This document shows, piece by piece, positions 59,866 to 64,000 of a stretch of 64,000 bases of DNA. Where the stretch lies: the NCBI GenBank assembly GCA_963736655.1, contig CAVTPM010000015.1, forward strand, positions 1,496,672-1,560,671. The letters are read 5' to 3'. Made by a program: the position numbers and the translations under genes. Within the stretch, counting starts at the first letter, position 1, and every line of letters begins with the position of its first letter. The notes under the pieces were generated by a model. The model did not search any database. It was not told the origin of the DNA and worked only from the letters and a program-made list of their open reading frames with translations. The DNA comes from an uncultured Actinomycetota bacterium (lineage in GTDB: Bacteria; Actinomycetota; Actinomycetes; DATJPE01).

Positions 59866-61292
59866 TCAGACCCCCGGCTCGGCGCTGACCCGGCCGTCCT
59901 GCACCGCGCGTTCGAGCAGGGCATGGTCGGCTGCGTTCCGGTCGGCGTAGGCGGCAGAGAAGGAAGAGATCGCTCGATCGAAGGTGTCATCGGCGCCCAG
60001 GTAGGCGGCGATCGCCATCCGGTCGCCGGACCGGGCGTGCGCCCGCGCCAGCGTCCACCCGCAGAGCTGGGCGTAGCGCCGCATCCGGCTCGGGGGCATG
60101 GACTCCACCAGGGGGGACACCTTGCCGTCCCAGAGCTGTCGCACGTAGAAGTCCCGGGTCTGCCCGTCGAGGCCGACGATCCGGTCCCATCCCAAGAAGA
60201 TGTCGCTGGTCGCCTGCATGAGGCGCTGACCCTCGACCACACGCTGACCGTGCTGGCTGTACGCGCTACGCCCGCGGTAGGGCTCGAGGACTGAGGGCTG
60301 CGCCTCCTTGGCCTGGAGGATGAGGGGCTCCCCATCCGGCCCCATGAGCAGCAGGACCCACGCCCGCGTCCCGACACTGCCGACGCCGACCACCTTGCGC
60401 GCGATGTCCGTGAGGCTGAACTGCCCGAGCAGGCGCCGCCGATCCTCTGCGAGCGTGCGTCGGTAGCTGCTCTGCAGCCTCCGGAACGCCTCGGTCAGCG
60501 TGTCGGAGCCGACGAGCTCGTCGAGCGGCACGATCAGCGGGGGGGTCGAGATGAACCGTCGACGTCCGTCGACGACCCGCGTCAGCTTGTCGAACGCTGC
60601 CAGGCTGTCTCGAGACTTCGCCTTGACCACTCGGCGATCGATCGCCGCCGCCTCGGAGCTCGTCACTTCGTCGCGCAGCCGGGCCAGGGTGGTCTCGATG
60701 TCGAGCCGGGCGTACCAGACGTCGATGATCGACGCGCCGGCGAAGCCGGCCATCGACAGCCGGTAGGAACTCGCACAGGTCCGCACGATCTTGCGTCGCT
60801 CTTTGCCCGTGAAGCCTCGGTCGCGCGCCGCGATCTCGAAGCTGGACGCGAGCCGCTTCACATCCCACTCCCACGGACCGGGAAGCGTCTCGTCGAAGTC
60901 GTTGACGTCGAACACGAGCCGCCGGTCGGGGGCCGCGAACACGCCGAAGTTGGCCAGGTGGGCGTCACCGCAGGCCTGCACCTGGATCCCGGTATCGGGC
61001 GTGGACGCCAGGTCCGCCGCCATGACGGCTGCGGCACCTCGGAAGAACGCGAACGGTGAGGCAAGCATCCGGCCATGCCGGATGGGCACGAGTCTCGGGC
61101 ACCCGGGTGGCTGCCTGGTCGAGGAGGATCCGCACGGGATCGGTGCGGTCGGCAATCTCGGGAAGCTTCCGCGTGCGCCTCCAGGGGCACCGCGGTGCGC
61201 GCGTCGACACCGCGCTGCTCCCGCTCCGCACGGGACAGCTCGGTCGGCTTGGGCAGGCGGCTGACCGTCGCACGCGTGGCTCTCGGGCTCAT
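59866..61292 (-). CDS. DUF2252 family protein (frameshifts near 61100 and 61165)
   Basis: RHGRMLASPFAFFRG, CGDAHLANFG, NDFDE, KVVGVGSVG, LARAHARSGD. Confidence 0.9.
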
Positions 61293-61323
61293 CTGCTTGT
61301 TCTAGCAGGACTACGTTGCTGGT

Positions 61324-61752
61324 ATGAGTGGTCTGGACTTCTGGCTCGGCGAGTGGGATGCGACGTGGGAAGGCGGCGGCGGGACCAACGTGGTGACTCG
61401 AGAGCTCGGTGGAGCGGTCGTCGTCGAGCGCTTCCAGGCGGGGCCGCCGGAGACGTTCACCGGGATGAGCGTCAGCGTTCCGGACCCGAACCCGCCCGGC
61501 TGGCGGCAGACCTGGGTGGACTCGAACGGCAGCTACTGGGCGTTCGTCGGAGGTCCGCGGGACGACGGCTCCTTCGTCTTCGGAACACCTGAACGCGTGG
61601 ACGCCGACCTGCACTTCAAGCGCATGGTGTTCCATTCGATCACCGAGCATTCGTTCCGTTGGCGATGGGAGTCCTCCGCCGACGGCGCCCGATGGCACGA
61701 GAAGTGGGCCATCTCCTATCGGCGCCGCGATCCAGGGAGAGGTGCAGAATGA
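61324..61752 (+). CDS. Hypothetical beta-barrel protein (DUF1579-like)
   Basis: [26 protein letters not shown]; overlaps the tdh start. Confidence 0.75.
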   Translation: MSGLDFWLGEWDATWEGGGGTNVVTRELGGAVVVERFQAGPPETFTGMSVSVPDPNPPGWRQTWVDSNGSYWAFVGGPRDDGSFVFGTPERVDADLHFKRMVFHSITEHSFRWRWESSADGARWHEKWAISYRRRDPGRGAE

Positions 61753-62786
61753 AGGCGCTGGTCAAGGCCGAGCCCGCCCCGGGACTCTGGTTACGCGACG
61801 TGCCCGAGCCGGTCGCCTCGGCGGGGGAGGTGCTCATCCGGGTCCTGCGCACGGGGATCTGCGGCACCGACCTGCACGTCCGCGCGTGGGACGCCTGGGC
61901 GCAGAGCGCGGTCAAGCCTCCCGTGGTCCTCGGCCACGAGATCGCCGGCCGGGTCGAGGCCCTCGGGCGGGGCGTCGACACGGTCGACGTGGGCGATCTC
62001 GTGAGCGTGGAGGGGCACATCGTCTGCGGACGGTGCCGGTGGTGCCTCGGCGGCGAACGACAGCTCTGCCCCTACACCGTGAGCGTCGGCATCGACCGCG
62101 ACGGCGGCTTCGCCGAGCTCATCGCCGTACCCGCGACCAACGTCTGGCGACACAGCCAGCCGATCACTCCCGAGGTCGCAGCGATCTTCGACCCGTTCGG
62201 CAACGCGGTGCACTCGGCGCTGAGCTTTCCGGTGCTGGGCGAGGACGTCCTGATCACAGGTGCTGGACCGATCGGCATCATGGCTGCCTCGGTCGTACGT
62301 CATGCCGGCGCGCGCAACATCGTGATCACGGACCTCAGCCCGCAGCGTCTCGCGCTGGCCACCTCCATGGGCGCGGTCACCCGGGCCGTCGACGTCTCCA
62401 CCACGAGCCTCGATGAGGTGACTGCCGAGCTCGGCATGGTCGAGGGCTTCGACATCGGCCTGGAGATGTCCGGTGCCCCGTCCGCCCTTCACTCGATGAT
62501 CAAGTCCATGGCCCACGGAGGCGAGATCGCGTTGCTCGGTCTGCCGTCCGGCGAGATCGCTTTCGACTGGGACCAGGTCATCCATTCGATGCTCACCATC
62601 AAGGGGATCTTCGGACGCAAGATGTTCGAGACCTGGTACGCCATGTCCGTGCTGGTGGGTGCAGGCCTGGACATCACTCCGGTGATCACGCACCGCTTCC
62701 CGTACACCGATTTCGAGGAGGCCTTCGACGTGGCAGCCAGCGGGCACTGCGGGAAGGTGATCCTCGACTGGGAGGGAGCGTCATGA
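61749..62786 (+). CDS. tdh: L-threonine 3-dehydrogenase
   Basis: [33 protein letters not shown]. Confidence 0.95.
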   Translation: MKALVKAEPAPGLWLRDVPEPVASAGEVLIRVLRTGICGTDLHVRAWDAWAQSAVKPPVVLGHEIAGRVEALGRGVDTVDVGDLVSVEGHIVCGRCRWCLGGERQLCPYTVSVGIDRDGGFAELIAVPATNVWRHSQPITPEVAAIFDPFGNAVHSALSFPVLGEDVLITGAGPIGIMAASVVRHAGARNIVITDLSPQRLALATSMGAVTRAVDVSTTSLDEVTAELGMVEGFDIGLEMSGAPSALHSMIKSMAHGGEIALLGLPSGEIAFDWDQVIHSMLTIKGIFGRKMFETWYAMSVLVGAGLDITPVITHRFPYTDFEEAFDVAASGHCGKVILDWEGAS

Positions 62787-63985
62787 CCCACGCGACGGCA
62801 CTGGAGGGTTTGCGCGGCGAGCTGGTTCAGCGCCTCGACCAGATGCGGGCGACCGGGGTCTACAAGCCCGAGCGGGTCATGACGTCCCCCCAGGGCACGC
62901 ACGTGGTCGACACCACCGGCCGCGATGTCCTCAACCTGTGCGCCAACAACTACCTCGGGCTCGCCGACGACCCGCGGGTCGTGGCGGCCGCCGAGCAGGC
63001 AGTGCGCGAGTGGGGCTACGGCATGGCGTCGGTGCGGTTCATCTGCGGCACGCAGACCATCCACCGCAGACTCGAGGAACAGCTCGCCAGCTTCCTCGGG
63101 ACCGAGGACGCCGTGCTCTTCGGCTCGTGCTTCGACGCCAACGGAGGGGTGTTCGAGGCGCTGCTCGACGAGCGGGACGCGGTGATCTCCGACGCCTTGA
63201 ACCACGCCTCCATCATCGATGGCATACGGCTGTGCAAGGCACGCCGGCTGCGCTATGCCAACCGTGACATGGCCGAGCTGGAGGCCCGGCTGGTCGAGTC
63301 GGCCGACGCCCGCTACCGCCTCGTCGTGACCGACGGGGTCTTCTCGATGGACGGCTACCTCGCACCCCTGGATCAGATCTGCTCCCTCGCCGAGCGCTAC
63401 GACGCCCTGGTCATGGTCGACGACTCGCACGCCGTCGGGTTCGTCGGCCCGCACGGCCGAGGCACCCCCGAGCTCTTCGGCGTCACCGACCGGGTCGACA
63501 TCATCACCGGCACGATGGGCAAGGCGCTGGGCGGCGCCTCCGGCGGCTACGTCGCCGCGCGGCGGGAGGTCGTCGAGCTCCTCAAGCAGCGGGCTCGCCC
63601 TTACCTCTTCTCCAACTCGGTCGCCCCACCCATCGTGGCCGCATCGCTCACGGTGCTCGAGATCTTGCAGTCGTCGGGAGACCTGCGCGAGCGGGTCCAC
63701 GCAGCGGCCGCGCGTTTCCGGACCGGCATGACCGCAGCCGGCTTCGACCTCCTGCCCGGAGAGCACCCGATCGTCCCGGTGATGTTCGGGGACGCCGTGG
63801 TCGCCGGTCGGGTGGCCGACGAGCTGTTCGCCCGAGGTGTCTACGCCGTGGCCTTCTCCTTCCCCGTGGTCCCCCAAGGGCAGGCGAGGATCAGGGTCCA
63901 GCTCTCTGCCGGACACACCGACGACGACGTCGACCGGGCCGTCGCCGCCTTCGTCGAGGCCCGGACCGCAGCGGGCGTGGGCTGA
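62783..63985 (+). CDS. kbl: 2-amino-3-ketobutyrate CoA ligase
   Basis: [41 protein letters not shown]. Confidence 0.96.
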   Translation: MTHATALEGLRGELVQRLDQMRATGVYKPERVMTSPQGTHVVDTTGRDVLNLCANNYLGLADDPRVVAAAEQAVREWGYGMASVRFICGTQTIHRRLEEQLASFLGTEDAVLFGSCFDANGGVFEALLDERDAVISDALNHASIIDGIRLCKARRLRYANRDMAELEARLVESADARYRLVVTDGVFSMDGYLAPLDQICSLAERYDALVMVDDSHAVGFVGPHGRGTPELFGVTDRVDIITGTMGKALGGASGGYVAARREVVELLKQRARPYLFSNSVAPPIVAASLTVLEILQSSGDLRERVHAAAARFRTGMTAAGFDLLPGEHPIVPVMFGDAVVAGRVADELFARGVYAVAFSFPVVPQGQARIRVQLSAGHTDDDVDRAVAAFVEARTAAGVG

Positions 63986-64000
63986 CCGACCTGCGGCTCG

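Noticed and set aside
2172-61292. Mass pseudogenisation or programmed frameshifting (about 17 genes with frame breaks)
   Set aside because: Breaks are single-base indels, often in short homopolymer or GC runs, and hit conserved genes (dtd, pstS) without in-frame stops or decay. This fits uncorrected long-read error.
1-64000. tRNA, rRNA, riboswitch, prophage, IS transposase or defence system
   Set aside because: None recognised by eye, and intergenic gaps are mostly short. A covariance-model scan (Infernal/Rfam) would be needed to exclude small RNAs.

Overview
High-GC Actinomycetota chromosome segment (class Actinomycetes by gene content and synteny). The left half (1-29.4 kb) is a conserved core block: senX3/phoR-phoU, gpmA, mshA, asparaginase-rsiG, dtd, ygfZ-nur-nitrobindin, a Cys-leader-controlled cysA operon, glnR, mshD, ppk1-CYTH/CHAD-mutT1 and pstSCAB. 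It carries two unusual insertions. One is a ~2.7 kb DUF4388 gene with a sigma28/WhiG-like promoter, a 19-aa WxxHxxW repeat, an EEARLA repeat tract and a KKKKGLFG tail, transcribed divergently from the operon holding a two-motif c-di-GMP-binding RsiG. The other is an intact heliorhodopsin gene. The right half is accessory metabolism: HMG-CoA lyase with a partial duplication running into a 5'-truncated FN3/LamG surface protein, MFS transporters, ppdK, chrA, DosR-like boxes flanking a DUF222-HNH element, an oxidative sugar-acid cluster, DUF2252 and tdh-kbl. About 17 genes carry single-base frameshifts, most likely unpolished long-read errors. I saw no rRNA, tRNA or CRISPR array. Family assignments come from motif recognition by eye, not database searches.
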